A DNA stretch of 64,000 bases, taken from the NCBI GenBank assembly GCA_964106915.2, contig OZ066918.1, one strand, 5' to 3'. The DNA is from Podarcis gaigeae (taxonomy: Eukaryota). The notes beneath the pieces were generated by a model that was not told the origin of the DNA, did not search any database, and saw nothing but the letters and a program-made list of their open reading frames with translations. Both the position numbers and the translations under genes were made by a program. Within the stretch, counting starts at the first letter, position 1. Each line of letters begins with the position of its first letter. Positions 37,363-50,833 of the stretch are shown here, in pieces.

Positions 37363-40300
37363 TAGTTCTTACTGGGGTAGAAACTCTGTTTCTGGACTGC
37401 ATTATTTCAGATTGCAAATGGGTGGGGGCTCACAAACCTGAATATTCTTCAATACTATAATCCTTCAGACAAACAACTAGATATCAAAGAGACATATAAT
37501 TTTCTATTTGAAGAGATTTTATTTTTATCTGTTTCTATGGAGGGTTAACCAATTAAGCGATCCCCCATGTGAAGTGGCACTGCCCAAACATATCACCATC
37601 ATGATCCAGTTTATCTTCCACAATAAACCTTGCTCAAAGAAGTTCACAACAGTGGGATAATAATTCACACTAAGTCTGATGAGAGAAAAGCAGAAACAGA
37701 ATCTAAATATTTATCTGAAAGCTAAATGTTGCCCCAAGCAGCAACCTTTCAATCAGCCAGAGCCCCACCCAGCTAGGCATGCCTAATTAGCAGCAACAGG
37801 CATTGATGACAATTTAGTGCCAGCGACCAAGGATTGGGCAGCCTCAGAGTCAAAGGAAGGAACTGACAGATGGCTCTTGAAGAAATAACATTTTGTGAAA
37901 GAGCACTTAGAAATGTTATTCATCAGTCTTCTAGTATATCTAACATGCAATGCATTTTAATTGCCCTCTCAGCAACTACTGCAGATTGTGCGGACACCTT
38001 AGGAATAAAATTCCCATTTCACAGATGAAAAAATGCTTCAGGATAGTGGTTTGACCAATACTAATCAGTGAGACCACATTGCAGAGGAATAAGCCATAGT
38101 TTCTCCTAGTCAGATATGTGGATGTTTAGACCTTGGACAGCTCCAAGAGGTAGACAATATCTTGCTTCAATGTGCTGGAACATGAATGAAGCCATACAGC
38201 AGGGATTGCTCCAAACCCTGTCCCCCCCCCCCCTTTTTAAATCGTTTTTGTATTTATTTTCATGGTACGGAAGATAAATTTTGAGAAAGCAGTTGTTATA
38301 ACAGTAAACAACAAGTAACTTGTCTTAATAAAATTACAGACTTTTATCATGCCATGTGTTAGAGGTTAATTTGATTTATTTTATTTTATTACATCACTCC
38401 ACATGTTCCCATGAGTGCTCAACGACGGGTGGACAAGGGCTTAGACCATGGTTAAGTTTGTAACTGTGCACTTCTGTAATGCAGAATCCAGACCAACCAC
38501 TATGCCACTCTGGCTCTCAAGTGAATGAGAGGGAGGAGTTTTGAGACGGCAGAATGTATCAATTTAGGCTGCAGTTGGCATGGAGGATCACATTTCTCAG
38601 TAGTCCTCCATGTAAAAAACAAAAAGTAAACACCCTTTGTAAGTAAAAACCTAGCACAGAACAAAGAGAGCTTGCTCCTTAATGTGCTATTTTTCTATAT
38701 TCTGGGAATGTTCACATAGAAGAGTGTTGAAAATTGAACCTCCTAACTGCAGCCTGGCATAGTGCAGTACATTCTCTCATCTCGGATTTCTACAACCTCA
38801 TTCTTCTTTTTCTCTCCCTGCCTCATCCTGCAGGATGTATAAACCAGTCCTGAATTGCTACTCCAGGCTAGGGACATGACACTTCCATTCTCCTCCATTT
38901 AGCCACCTCCCTTTGCCGACACATCCACTTTATTTATTTCCCAGGTCCAGATCTGCCATTTCACTTACCTACATTACGTTGCAGGCAACCTATTTGGTTT
39001 CTCCTTGTTCTCTGATTAAATGCAATGAGTCATTTTGCGAAAACTGGTGGTGTCCAGGAATGAAAATTGTGTTCTATGAGAACACGAAAGCTATTGCTCT
39101 AAGGCACAATATTCTTTTTGATTTCCCGCCCCCCCCTCACTGCGTACTGCTGCGTAGGAAAGAAAATTGTGCCCCCTGCCCTCCTGGTTCCATCCCTCAT
39201 GCCCGCCTCCCATGCCTGACAAATGTTATTGTGGCTCAAAGGCTGGAGGGCTGAGGTAATGCTCTCAGTCACTTACTGCAGCACTGTAAGCAGGTAAATC
39301 ACAGTGGTGGGGCATGAGTGATGGCCTTCTGAACACAAAATACTAGAGGGAAGCCAGATTGCTATGGTAAAACCATCTGTCTTGCAGAAAAACCATAGCC
39401 CTGATTAGAGTAACAGCCTCCCTTGTGATCTTTCCTAGGTAGCCAGCTCCGTAAATATTTGATTCCCCATCAGAATAAAAGCATGCTGTTGTGGGCTGTT
39501 TTTCTTTTTTCTTTTTCAGGATTTAAATTTAATCCTAACCCCTGCCAGCCTGAGATGGGCCACTTTGCACTTCTATCTTCATATAAAAGTCCATAAACCT
39601 CAGTGCTTTTCTTCACTTTGAAAAGCTATCCCCATCCCCCCTTTTAATCTGTTTATCAAAACAAATGTCTCATTATTTTCAGCTGCAGTTCCCTAAGCTT
39701 CGGAATGCCAGTGAAGCTCCTCGCATGTTGCATTGAAAAATTAGAATCTATTCTAAGGAATGACTAGGGCTTTCACATATATTTAGTGGAATCCAAATAT
39801 TATGAATGGGGAGGGCTGAGCTGTAAGACGTGCAGCTTAAAATTTAAAAATTTCCACCAGAAAAAGGTTGTTAATCAGTATTCACCTTATGGGTTCCAGC
39901 TGCTCTAAATGGATCTTTCCCTATGGAGAGCATCTGCAAAAACCAGCCTGCTCTGCAAATGGTGTGTACCTTATAACCCCATCCTATGAGCTGCTACTCT
40001 AGGGTGTGCACTGCAACTCTAAGAACAGGCATAGTTTTTGTCACAGCACAGAGACATTTTCACAGGATTGGGCTGTACAAAGAGAAGTAAACACACCCAA
40101 TATGCGTGAATAGGAATTTTCCCACGGGGATATTATGTTACCCAGAATCCTCTGGACATTCCTCTTGCTCAATCTGGAAGCCAATAGCAAGGGAACTAGC
40201 AGTGGCCACAAAGGGGTACATCTGAAAAATATAGGTGTACAATACGTACCCCACACTTTTATGAAGCACTTGGCAAGTAATCAATTTCTTAACTGTAATT

Positions 40301-43300
40301 ACACTGGATTTGAGGGATAATTGATACAATTTAGAGTTGATGAATGTATATTAATTTATATATACCCAGAAATATTAGAGAATCTATTTGTGTCAATAAG
40401 AGAGCTGTTGACTGATATTTTCTTCAGTGTTTTATTAACTGAGTCCATTTAAATCTCATAATTATTCAGAAGAATGCACTTCTAATCCATTTCCGTATGC
40501 TTGCATATGTCACTTAGTTCACAAAGCCATTTACAAAACTCTTATTCAGTTGCATGCATCCTCTAATATCTAGTAATCTACCTTTAATCAAGCAAATGTG
40601 AGATTTTGCACTAAGCAGTAAGTAGCAAATTCATAAATTAAGAAGTCATGAGGACCTAAAATGCAAGCCCATTAATTACGGGTGATTGACAATCATTTTG
40701 GGAAAGTTGTGCGGAAACAGTGCAAGCCTGAATGTGACTGTGAAGTCAAATTCGCTTTAATTGGTGCAGATTTATCTTATGGAAAAACATATGTTGAACA
40801 GTGTAAATTGTTGTGACTGAACTGTTAGTTCCTAAACTGAATGGTAGTCTTCACTTCAATATTTTTTTACTAGGCAATCTCCTCCCCCACCTCTGACCTT
40901 CCCTAGTCCTGCTACAAGGGATCTCAGTTGAATTTGCTAGACTTCAGAAGTTAAATCCTAAATCAATATTAAAGTTCCAACACAGATATATCCTCAAGGG
41001 TTACTAAGAAATCACCCTTTGATCCTGAAAATGGACATTTTCACACGAAATAATTTAAAATGACTTATTGCTTTCCCAGCATCTGTGTTTAAATATAGCC
41101 TCAAAAAAAATATGATTCTCTTCCGCTCTCTGTCCCCAACATATTGACATCATTCACACGTGCACACAAAGAGTGAGAGAGAAACCTTGTAAGGACAGTT
41201 TACAGAATCTCACATCTGGTTTCCCTCATAGTTCCCCCCTCCTTTCTTTTATGCTCTTGCAATGCAATCCTCTGCTTGTCTACTCAGAAGTAAGTTCCTC
41301 AGGACTTCTAGGTAAGTCCATATCATATTGCAATCCCTACCTGGAGTAACAAAAGCAAAAATCAGAGCTATTCAAGATAGCATCATCATTAGGGATGAAC
41401 AGACAGCACACAAGCAAATCCTGCTAGCTTATTCATCACTACACATAGACACAAACAGGTTTTTTCTTTCTAAAAAATGTAACTTTGCAAGTCAAGATGC
41501 ACTAGACTTCATTTTCTGAGGCTGCCTTTATTTTGAGGAGTCCTTGAAGCAAGCTAACTAGACCCTCCCACAAAGTTCATTCTGTGTTAAAGAGCCAGAA
41601 ACAGCTGTCACATAAGTAGAACCTCTCCTAGGCAATGTTTGCCATTTTCCCCATCTTCAAAGCACAGCAAAGACTTCACTCGTCCGGGTCGCTTTCATCT
41701 CTCTCATTATTTTTGCAACAGAATAGAAGAAGCAAGTTGTGGGTGCTGATTGGCTGGGATTTAATTGGAACTCTAGGAAGGCACTGCTCTGATTCCTCAC
41801 AATTACATTTCTTTTAAAACAACCTTTTAATGATTTGATTCCCTTTCATTTCAAGCCAACCACTGCCTGCCTACTCCAAGTCCATCAGGACTGGAGCCAC
41901 AGCACCACACACCGCTAGCAGAGATAACAGGATGGAGACTGCAAGATTTGTCAGGCTTCAGTTGCAATGGGCAGCTGTGCCAAAAGCCCAAGAAAGCAAC
42001 TCTGAAATATCCCTCTGTTCCGAGCAATCTTTCCAGGCTAACAGCAAGAGATGTAATGTTTGGCATTTAAACTTGATCAGAGAGGGAAATCAAGGCATAC
42101 ACCATGGAGCTTCATTTTAAGCAAATCCTATTAGGATTAGGGAACCAGTATTATTGCATTGGAATTTGGCCCTCTGGAATCACTTCTAAAGCTGGCATGG
42201 AAATGTATTATAACATGAAAATTCCTCTGACAATTCAGTGGTTATTTTTGTTAATTCACTATCAACTTTAGGAGAAAGTTTGTCCTTCTAAGGATTGAAC
42301 CCTAAACTTTTTGGAATGGGTTGCTATTTTTTGTAAGCTTCCAAAACTGTTCTAACAGCAAGCATCGCCCAGGTTCTGAGATCTAAGGCCTATTCATATC
42401 TCTAAGTTGTACAGTACTGAGCTAGACTAGACATTGTTGAGGGGAAAATAATGATTACTGAAACCACATCAAATTTTCTCTGGATTAACCCATCACCTGC
42501 ATCAAAGAGTACATGGTATCATAATTAATGATTTTAGCATAGCGATAATTGGCAAAGTGACGCAAGACTTCATCAAATTCAGGGGAGAAGATAACAGCCC
42601 CCACCCTCAAATGGGGCAATGTCAGAGGTATGCTGATATGTATCTCTTTGTGCAAATATAAAAACATATAGTTATAAAGGCCTTCCTTCCTTCCTTCGCA
42701 TCTGTCTTGTGCAGTGATTAAAGACTTTTTCATCTTATTTGTTTGAAGATTTTTCTCTCACCCTTCTAGTGCCTATGCACTTTGCACAAGGATATATGTT
42801 ACAGGTCTCTGCCACTGTTAGATTTCCTCTGCACAAGACCAAAGCAAGGTGCTGCTGCTGCTGCTGGAGACAGACATAAACACTATGAATGACCTACAAG
42901 AATGTGTGCAATGTCAGCGTACATGTTCATGAGTGAGAGAAAGAGAGGGGAAACTGCGGTCTTGACAATAATCCACCAGCCAATTTCAATTTTAGTAATT
43001 TACCCACCATACAAATCCACTTCTGGTGTAAATTTAGTATACAAACAGTGAGAGGGCAAAAAAAGGAGAGGCCTAGTATTACATTTGGGTAACTGACATT
43101 CAGTGATCTGCTACCATGTGTGGTCCTCCTGGACAGCTGCCACCAGAGACCTACAGCAGTTTAGAAACACAGTATATGTGATGTTCTATTTTTATGTGAT
43201 GGAAAACTTGCCATATGAAACACATAACAGTGCTACATCTATGCAAGATGTGATTCATGGTATTTTAGGTTAAGCTTTATTACCAGAAGCTATTTGTAAA

Positions 43301-43820
43301 TTTGGAACCAAACACAATTCCTACATATAATTGCAAACAGTACTCATTCATAGCATCCCCCCCACCCCATATTTTGAAAATATATACAGAGAAACTCATA
43401 AGATAAACATGAGCTTTAGAGCATCTGGCTTTCTCCTTCTACAGGCCATGGTACATATTTATCAAAGATGTAAAAAGGAAGAAGGGGTCCTGCCCTAGGT
43501 GACATACTGGGTTAATTAAAGCAGTCTGTCCCCTTTAGAGGGGAAAAAAGGCTTAAACCTGCCTCAAGTTACAAGTGAATTAAATTGACTTCTCAGCTTG
43601 GTATGCCATAAATGCTTGCTCATGTATAAAGCCTTAGCATCCTACTAGAATTTTCTACATTTCCTCTGTTTCAAAGCATGTGCAGTTTAAGACATTGTTT
43701 GGGGGGCATTTAGAGAAGAACAAGACAGCTGTGTTGGGTGATAAAAGCCTACTTAATGTCTGGGATCTCAGAGCCCACTTTTCAAACCTTCCACCCTACC
43801 CCCACCTTGACACCTATCAC

Positions 43821-43956
43821 CAGAGTTTCCCAAATTGGGCCTCTCACTGTTTTTGGACTACAATTCCCATCATCCCTGACCACTGGCCTTTCTAGCTAGG
43901 GGTGATGGGAGTTGGAGTCCAAAAAAAAGCTGGTGATCCTAGTTTGAAATACCCTG
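43821..43956. mobile_element. Hairpin hAT MITE copy (CAGRGTTTCCCAAA termini)
   Basis: Core TTTTTGGACTACAATTCCCATCATCCCTGACCACTGG...GATGGGAGTTGGAGTCCAAAAA. No clear TSD. Confidence 0.8.
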
Positions 43957-45207
43957 GTGTACACCATCAAAGTACTTGCACCGCAAATACCAGCAGCAGC
44001 TCAAGAGCCATTGCATGTGCCAGTTACCATTTCTAAAAAGCCCAGCTATTAGTTATTATTGGAGCTGTAGTTGCTCAGGTTCTCATTTGCAAGTGTAATG
44101 GAATAAAGAAGTAGGATCCCAGCATCCCCATGGCCATGCTATATTATGGTTTCCCCTTCTAATAATTGGGAGCAATTCACAACACAGATAATATGGGAAA
44201 GGACAGGGAGCTTAAAGATGCAAAATGATTATTATAATATCAAGGGCTTTCATCACCCATTACATTAGTATCACAGCAAGCTTAGCCAATTGCATGTCGT
44301 TGTTTTTTAGCCCCTTTCATCGAGATGCTGCGTTAAACACTTATTTGTTCAATTTTGTGAGGAGCAGAAGGGAAAGTTTAATCATGGGTGTGAGGAAGGC
44401 AAAATAGACAATGGAATTAATACCCTCGTGCAGTTTACAAGCTCCCTGCAGTCCCTCAGTCTGCATATTTCTAAGGCACTCTATCTGGGGAAAGTACATT
44501 GTTCATTTATTTTGACAAAAGCAATTTCAATTATTAATGATAACGCTTCTATAGCACACGTGTAAGCGGGCTGTAGTATAATTTGTAAGACTATAAAAGG
44601 CTTTAAATCAAGAGTTATGTGCTGACTCAGCCACAGTACTGAGCACCTACCATTCTTGTTGACTTTGGTGGCAATAAAAGCATTCAGCATCTGCAGAATG
44701 TAGGACTTCATTTGCATCTATATATATATTTATATGTGCAGAGTTTCAGTAAATGTAAGAAACTCTGTGGTGGTGCTTCATTCATTTACTGATACACATG
44801 CAGTTACTAGCCTAGATTCTATATGGAGATACTTTGCTCAATAAACCCATGGCTGCTTTGATACTAGTCACTTGTTTTGGAACCGTCATCCTTTGTCCAA
44901 TCACCTTTTACAGAAGATCCAATCAATAGACAGAATTCAGCATCAGGCTATGACAAATGTTCTATCTGAGCAAGGACTTCTTCTTGCGCCACAGTGCTCC
45001 CCCCAAAAAACTGTTGTATGGGGTCTCCTGACACACACACCCTGAACCAATTCCAGGGGGCACAAGAGGGAGGGGGTATCATTACTGCAGAAATGGAACT
45101 CCTTGCATAAGAATTGCACTGATGGGACTCATGGGCTGAATCCTGGCCCATGCCATTGTCATCTGCCTGCATTCCAGTGTTTACTCAGCTTCCCTCCCAC
45201 TCTCTGT

Positions 45208-45444
45208 AGCCAGTGTGGTGTAGTGGTTGAGAGCGGTGGACTCGTAATCTGGGGTACCAGGTTCGCATCTCCGCTCCTCCACATGCAGCTGCTGGGTGAC
45301 CTTGGGCTAGTCACACTTCTCTGAAGTCTCTCAGCCCCATTCACCTCATAGAGTGTTTGTTGTGGGGGAGGAAGGGAAAGGAGAATGTTAGCCGCTTTCA
45401 GACTCCTTCGGGTAGTGATAAAGCGGGATATCAAATCCAAACTC
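45208..45444 (+). mobile_element. MIR/Ther1-derived CORE SINE (Squam3/POM-like)
   Basis: tRNA-like A box TGGTGTAGTGG and B box GGTTCGCATCTCC, CORE GGGTGACCTTGGGCTAGTCAC. Highly similar to 30834-31069 in the opposite orientation. Confidence 0.9.
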
Positions 45445-45524
45445 CTCCTCCTCTTCTTCTCCTCCTCCTCCTTCTTCTTCTTCTTCTTCTTCTTCTTCTT
45501 CTTCTTCTTCTTCTTCTTCTTCTT
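45445..45524. repeat. (CCT)n/(CTT)n microsatellite expanded from the SINE tail
   Basis: Directly visible, immediately 3' of the SINE. Confidence 0.95.
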
Positions 45525-46771
45525 TCACACTGGATTTTCAGTGCTGCTGCTGTTTGTCCTAACATGCAACTGTGCCTCGAGGCTATCTCATGCAGACTGG
45601 AAAACTGGATTGAAGTTTTTAAGAATTCACTCCTTTATCTTTAATGAAACTTCAAGTTTTAGCTTCATCTTAGCTCTCTTTGGGCATTCAAGTTTCCCCA
45701 CAGGAAGGGGCAAGCAGGAACACACGGGGGCAAGCCTGGCCTCTTAAATAATTCTGTGCACGCCAGGCACACTCTGTGGGCAATGGACAAATATTGCTTA
45801 AAGTTGAACAACCTCTGGTAAACTTTATTAAATGAAATCTGCCACCATGGCAGTGAAACACCATCTTTCCCACAATGCATCTCTCCAAGGAAGGGCCCCT
45901 TAGGATGAGACAGCCCCAGAAATTCTGGGAGTGCATGTGCTGTGTCAGCAGGTCAGGCGGGAAGATTAGAAAGCGGCAGCAGGTCCACCTCAGGGAGTGC
46001 AATGTCTTGACCCCTGAATAATAAAGCATGGACAGCAGCCATGCTCCTTGATGGAGCATTCAGAACTGCAGAGCTTTAATGGTGAAATAACATGAGGAAC
46101 ACAGAACAAAATATTGAGAACTGCTCTTGATCGGTTTCATTATATTACAGGGCACACAGCACTCATGAGAGACAGTGGAGATACTCTGTAAGATAGCACC
46201 ATAGATCCATCGGTGTCTTTAGCTTGCATGTGTTTTCCTAAAGGTTAAACAGTGACCAGAAAGTAAAGCATTATGATCAAAGAAGAAGGGGGTGAGGGGA
46301 GAGACAGGAAATGACTGAGGTAAAGAGAAAGGCCTTAAACCAACCAATACCAGACTGCCTTAACTTGAGCCCAACAGTAGTACACAAGGAAAGTAACTTT
46401 CTCTCCATTCAGACTCAAAAGTTCTATGTCAGGAATAAGACTGTGATGCGAGGCTTGCAATGTTTTGTCAGTCCATGTGCGTACTGTAGCTTTTAAAGAA
46501 AGATTTCTGTTGTATGTCCTTTCCATCTGATTTGAAAATCTAAGCTAAAGTGCGTACATTTCAGACAGCCATTGTGTATGCACAGGTGCAGCGCATGCAC
46601 AGGTGACAGTTTCATTAAATTGGAGTTTGGCACAGGGAACAAATCAGGTAATGCATGTAGGGTTAAGACATCCCAACTTCCACTCTGGTGTGTACAATAA
46701 CGTAAGAATGTGACTTGAAACAGGGCTGGAGATAAATTACCTCACTGAGTTTCAAGCTATGTACAGAGCAT

Positions 46772-46776
<5 letters not shown>

Positions 46777-46806
<30 letters not shown>
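46777..46806. repeat. (AG)n microsatellite
   Basis: Directly visible. Confidence 0.95.
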
Positions 46807-46808
<2 letters not shown>

Positions 46809-46829
46809 TAAGTAGACTCATCATGCTAT

Positions 46830-46965
46830 GTGGCATTAGGCAAAGCCACTATCTTAGTCTCCTATCTGCAATATGTCTCACTTAGAGAGCTATCGAAAGA
46901 GTAGCAGTGATAATGCATATGAAGTAATTTGAACATTGAAAGCACTATATAAATGCTGATTATTA
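46830..46965 (+). mobile_element. Old MIR-like SINE remnant
   Basis: GTGGCATTAGGCAAAGCCACTATC...CTATCTGCAATATG...GATAATGCATATGAAG...GAAAGCACTATATAAATGCTGATTATT resembles the MIR core and 3' end. A similar remnant lies at ~33275-33415. Confidence 0.45.
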
Positions 46966-47496
46966 ATCAAAGCTATCGGAACCATAATCAAAAGAACAAT
47001 CTTGAGGAGCAAGAGTGTGTGTGTTCAATGAGCCAGTCTGGGCTATTCTTCAATGGATGTATCCAAAAAACTATCAGTCTCCATCAGAGAGGCAATCTAG
47101 TGGCTGAAAAGCCTGCAGCTTGTCAATAATGGATGGAGTAGATGTTTGCAGCCATTTTCAAACATCATAGAGGATTTTCGCACATGGAGCGACGTTCAGT
47201 TTTGGCTTAGATTGCTCTGTACATTAATGTACCCTACTTTGGCTACAATGCACAATTGATTTCTTTTCCCCATTCTAGCCTGCATTAAAAACGTTCACAT
47301 AACAAGAGGCTGGAACAAAGCCAATGCTATCTATGCAATTTCAGTTTTGTTATCATTAAAAGCATCTCTGTTTCCCATGTCTTTTTAACAAGTCCCTTGA
47401 AATCTCTCTCCCCCCCCTCTTCTTTTTTTTCAAAGTCTCCAAGGAGCTGGCCAATCACACATTGGCTGGATGAGAGTTTACACAGAGACTATAAAG

Positions 47497-47600
47497 CAAG
47501 GCTGGGGAATCTGTGGTCTTCCAGATATTACTGGACTACAACTCCAGTTGTCCTTGACCACTGACCATGCTGGCTGGGATGATGGGCATTGGACAGCATC
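47497..47600. mobile_element. Truncated hairpin hAT MITE copy
   Basis: CAAGGCTGGGGAATCTGTGG...CCAGATATTACTGGACTACAACTCC...GGGATGATGGG. Confidence 0.55.
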
Positions 47601-48258
47601 TTGATTTAAAGGGAGGTGGCCAACCTTTGGCCAACTGGGATTGAAAAGGGGGTCTCTCTGAACTTGGTGCTTCTTAGCATTGCTATAAAATTTTGCATTA
47701 TGCAGAACAAAGCAAGACTAGTAAGCTAAGAGACTTCTGACATGAATAGCAAAATTCCCCAGAGAAGTTATGCATATTCCCATCCTCCATTAAACTGAAA
47801 ATAATTTGTAATTATTGTGGCTGGAGGAAGAGAAAAGGAAGCACTATTTATTTATTTCCAATATTGTTCAAACTTTATTATTATAATTATTGCCAGAAAT
47901 ACATATTGCAGCTCAAAACAATTGCTGAATTCTTGCCTCACATACACACCCACCTTTCAAAGGCACATGAGCCTTTGGAGAAAACATGTTGGCTACATTG
48001 TTTTAAGTCCTGCCAGACTCTCTTCTTCACTCCCTGCCCTTCCAATGAGGTTGCACGGTGGGGCTAATCCAGCCATTAAAAAAAAATAATAATCCAGGGT
48101 GGGACAGGGTTTATTTTCAGCAATTAAGCCCTCCCTCTGCTGTGCCATTTGTGCCTTTGAAAGCTAGCTACTGAATAAGTAAAATTTCCCTATAACTACT
48201 CTTGCCTTGCCAGGAAAGCTTTCACTTGTGTAACCTCTGCAAGATATACTGGATTTAG

Positions 48259-48621
48259 ATAAAGCTAAAGGGACCCCTGACCATTAGGTCCAGTCGCGGA
48301 TGACTCTGGGGTTGTGCCACTCATCTTGCTTTACTGGCTGAGGGAGCCAGCGTTTGTCCGCAGACAGCTTCCAGGTCATGTGGCCAGCATGACTAAGCTT
48401 CTTCTGGCAAACCCGAGAAGCACACGGAAATGCCGTTTACCTTCCCGCTGGAGAGGTACCTATTTATCTACTTGCACTTTGATGTGCTTTCGAACTGCTA
48501 GGATGGCAGGAGCAGGGACTGAGCAACAGGAGCTCACCCCGTCGCGGGGATTTGAACCGCCAACCTTCTGATTGGCAAGTCCTAGGCTCTGTGGTTTAAC
48601 CCACAGCGCCACCCATGTCCC
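48259..48621 (-). mobile_element. Full-length Sauria SINE (Squam1)
   Basis: Reverse complement of the 37036 copy, including the segment deleted there. TSD ATACTGGATTTAG (48246-48258) / ATACTGGATCTAG (48626-48638). Confidence 0.93.
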
Positions 48622-50449
48622 TGTCATACTGGATCTAGTATGGACTTAATGAGTTTCTGCTGGTACCTTATCACTTGCAAATACTAACTGAAGCTCAAAA
48701 CAAGCATAGATTGATCTGGGCATAGGGGAATTGGGATCAAGGGACAGCCGGACCAAAAGATCTCAGCCTAGGGGGAATGCCTACAGAGCAAGAGGGAAAA
48801 TCCTCAGCCCTGTTTCTAGAACCCCTGAGAATGTACAGAATGCATTGCCTTCAATGAACACCAATCACAAAAAGTTCTAAGAAATCTGAAATGAGGGGCA
48901 AGGATTAACCAGCCACATGCCTGAAAGCAAAACATGCATCTTCAGCAAGTTTGGCTTGTTGTTGTTGTTGTTTTAAATGACTCTAGTAATTGAAATGTGA
49001 TAGAATAATGAGGCACTCAGTTACAGCTGCTGAAGACGGAAAAGGAACAGGCAGGTTCAGCACATCTCTAGTCCTTATGAAGAAGGGGCAGGGACTGAAC
49101 ACATTCCCAAGTCTTCTCCAACCCTTTAGGCTGTGAGCAATGATTTGCATTCACAGGGGTGGGCAAAATATAGCGAAACAACTTCAATTGTCACATAATT
49201 TAGGTCTATCCAAACCTCAAAACAAACCTTTTGATTAAAAGTAAAAAAATTTCTTCTCAGCCCTATACACAAAATAGCTCAAGAGAGGCTCAAAAGCATA
49301 TTGTAAGCTTCTTGTGTGAGCAAAACCTACAGATAAGGCCTCAGAACATGAGTAGATTAACAGCCAAAGGATTCACTGGGCTTCTCTAACTACTTTCTCA
49401 GGAATATTATTCTCATTCAGCTCAAGAACGCTGCTGCAGGATAAGGGACCCTCCAGAGTGGTGTTTTATTGTGGGTGTATTTTGTAGCATGTTCTTAACA
49501 CAATAATAGTGCATTAGTGGTAGATTTATTCCACCTTATTAGTGTTCTGTTATGGTTCCCCAATGCTGCCACATTATTGCTGGACAAAAAGGAAAGAAGA
49601 ACATTTGTGATATAAAAAGTTATGGGATTTCAGCAGGATATGGGAGTTACAGGATATGAAGCTGTGTAACCATCCCAAAATGTTTGCAGGTGCAAACAGT
49701 ATTGAAAGTGGGATTGTGCCCTGATAGCACAATGAGCGCAAATTATACTAAATGCAGAATAAAATGGACAAGTTATTTGTAGGACTGCAGCTTTACTGAG
49801 CCTGCTAAAACAGGGTTGGTTAAGTAAGCAGTTTTAACCTAGTTCAGTCAGAAATAACTACGATGCTGAAGTCTGGAGTTCTGTCATCATTACATTGCAC
49901 ATTTAGCTATGTTCCATAAAGGAGCAGGTACCAGAATATATACACAGTATTTTAAGAAACAGGGAGGCGTTCAGCTCTTTATGGCATCCAGCTTCATTGA
50001 TTAAATGCTATATAATTTAGAGCAATTCTGCAGCCTGTCTACTAGCTTAATAAATGGCTGCTGCTTAGCAACAGCAATGATTACCATCTGCTTTTGCTAA
50101 CTGTTCTAATACTGACCAAGTTTATTAATCTGAATCAACAAAGGACAAGTGATGAAGTTCTCTGAGAAAATTTCAGGGCACTTAACCTTCTCATTCTTGA
50201 ATATATATACTTAATCAGTCCAGCTCAGCATCATAGTGTGTCCCAATTATACCAGATCATCAGCACATCATTCTGTGACTGGGCACACCCTATACTTCAT
50301 AAAAGGAAGCAACAGCACACAATGAACATTAATTCTTCACATTTTTGCTTGTCCATTGGTTCTAGGGGTGCAATTTCAACTCATCATGTCAGATGATACT
50401 TTGGCTCCTGTACAAGCTATCTGAGGAAGAGTCATAGCTTATTGTATGT

Positions 50450-50585
50450 CAGGCTTCCTCAAACTCGGCCCTCCAGATATTTTTGGCCTACAACTCCCAT
50501 GATCCCTAGCTAGCAGGACCAGTGGTCAGGGATGATGGGAATTGTAGTCTCAAAACATCTGGAGGGCTGAGTTTGAGGAAGCCTG
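50450..50585. mobile_element. Palindromic hAT MITE (136 bp), CAGGCTTCCTCAAAC termini
   Basis: TIR CAGGCTTCCTCAAACTC / GAGTTTGAGGAAGCCTG. Exact 8-bp TSD TTGTATGT at 50442-50449 and 50586-50593. Confidence 0.92.
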
Positions 50586-50709
50586 TTGTATGTGCTTTGC
50601 AAAAAGTTCCAGATTTAACTGCTGGCATCTCCAGATTAAAAAGAAGTAGCAGATGATGGGAAAGATCTCTGCATGAGACTCTGGAGAACTTCTGACAGCA
50701 AATGCAGAT

Positions 50710-50833
50710 CAGGAGTAGCCACCATGGTGTGCACCTCTGGTTGAGCTATAACTCCCATAGCATATCCAATGGTCAGAAATTATGGGAGCTACAGTCCAGC
50801 AACATCTGGAAGACACAATGTTAGCTACCCCTG
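50710..50833. mobile_element. Older hairpin hAT MITE, CAGGRGTAGCYA termini
   Basis: CAGGAGTAGCCACCAT / ATGTTAGCTACCCCTG. Decayed TSD ATGCAGAT / GTGTAGAC (three transitions). Confidence 0.65.

Noticed and set aside
45209-45280. tRNA gene (A/B boxes; also at 37036, 54280 and 59140-59198)
   Set aside because: These are tRNA-derived SINE heads continuing into SINE bodies, with no complete cloverleaf.
45357-45747. Poly-Leu/poly-Phe ORFs resembling signal or transmembrane peptides
   Set aside because: Translation artefacts of the (CTT)n microsatellite.
46020-46042. Possible REST/NRSE site (AGCATGGACAGCAGCC)
   Set aside because: Only the right half resembles the consensus. The left half TTCAGCACC is absent.
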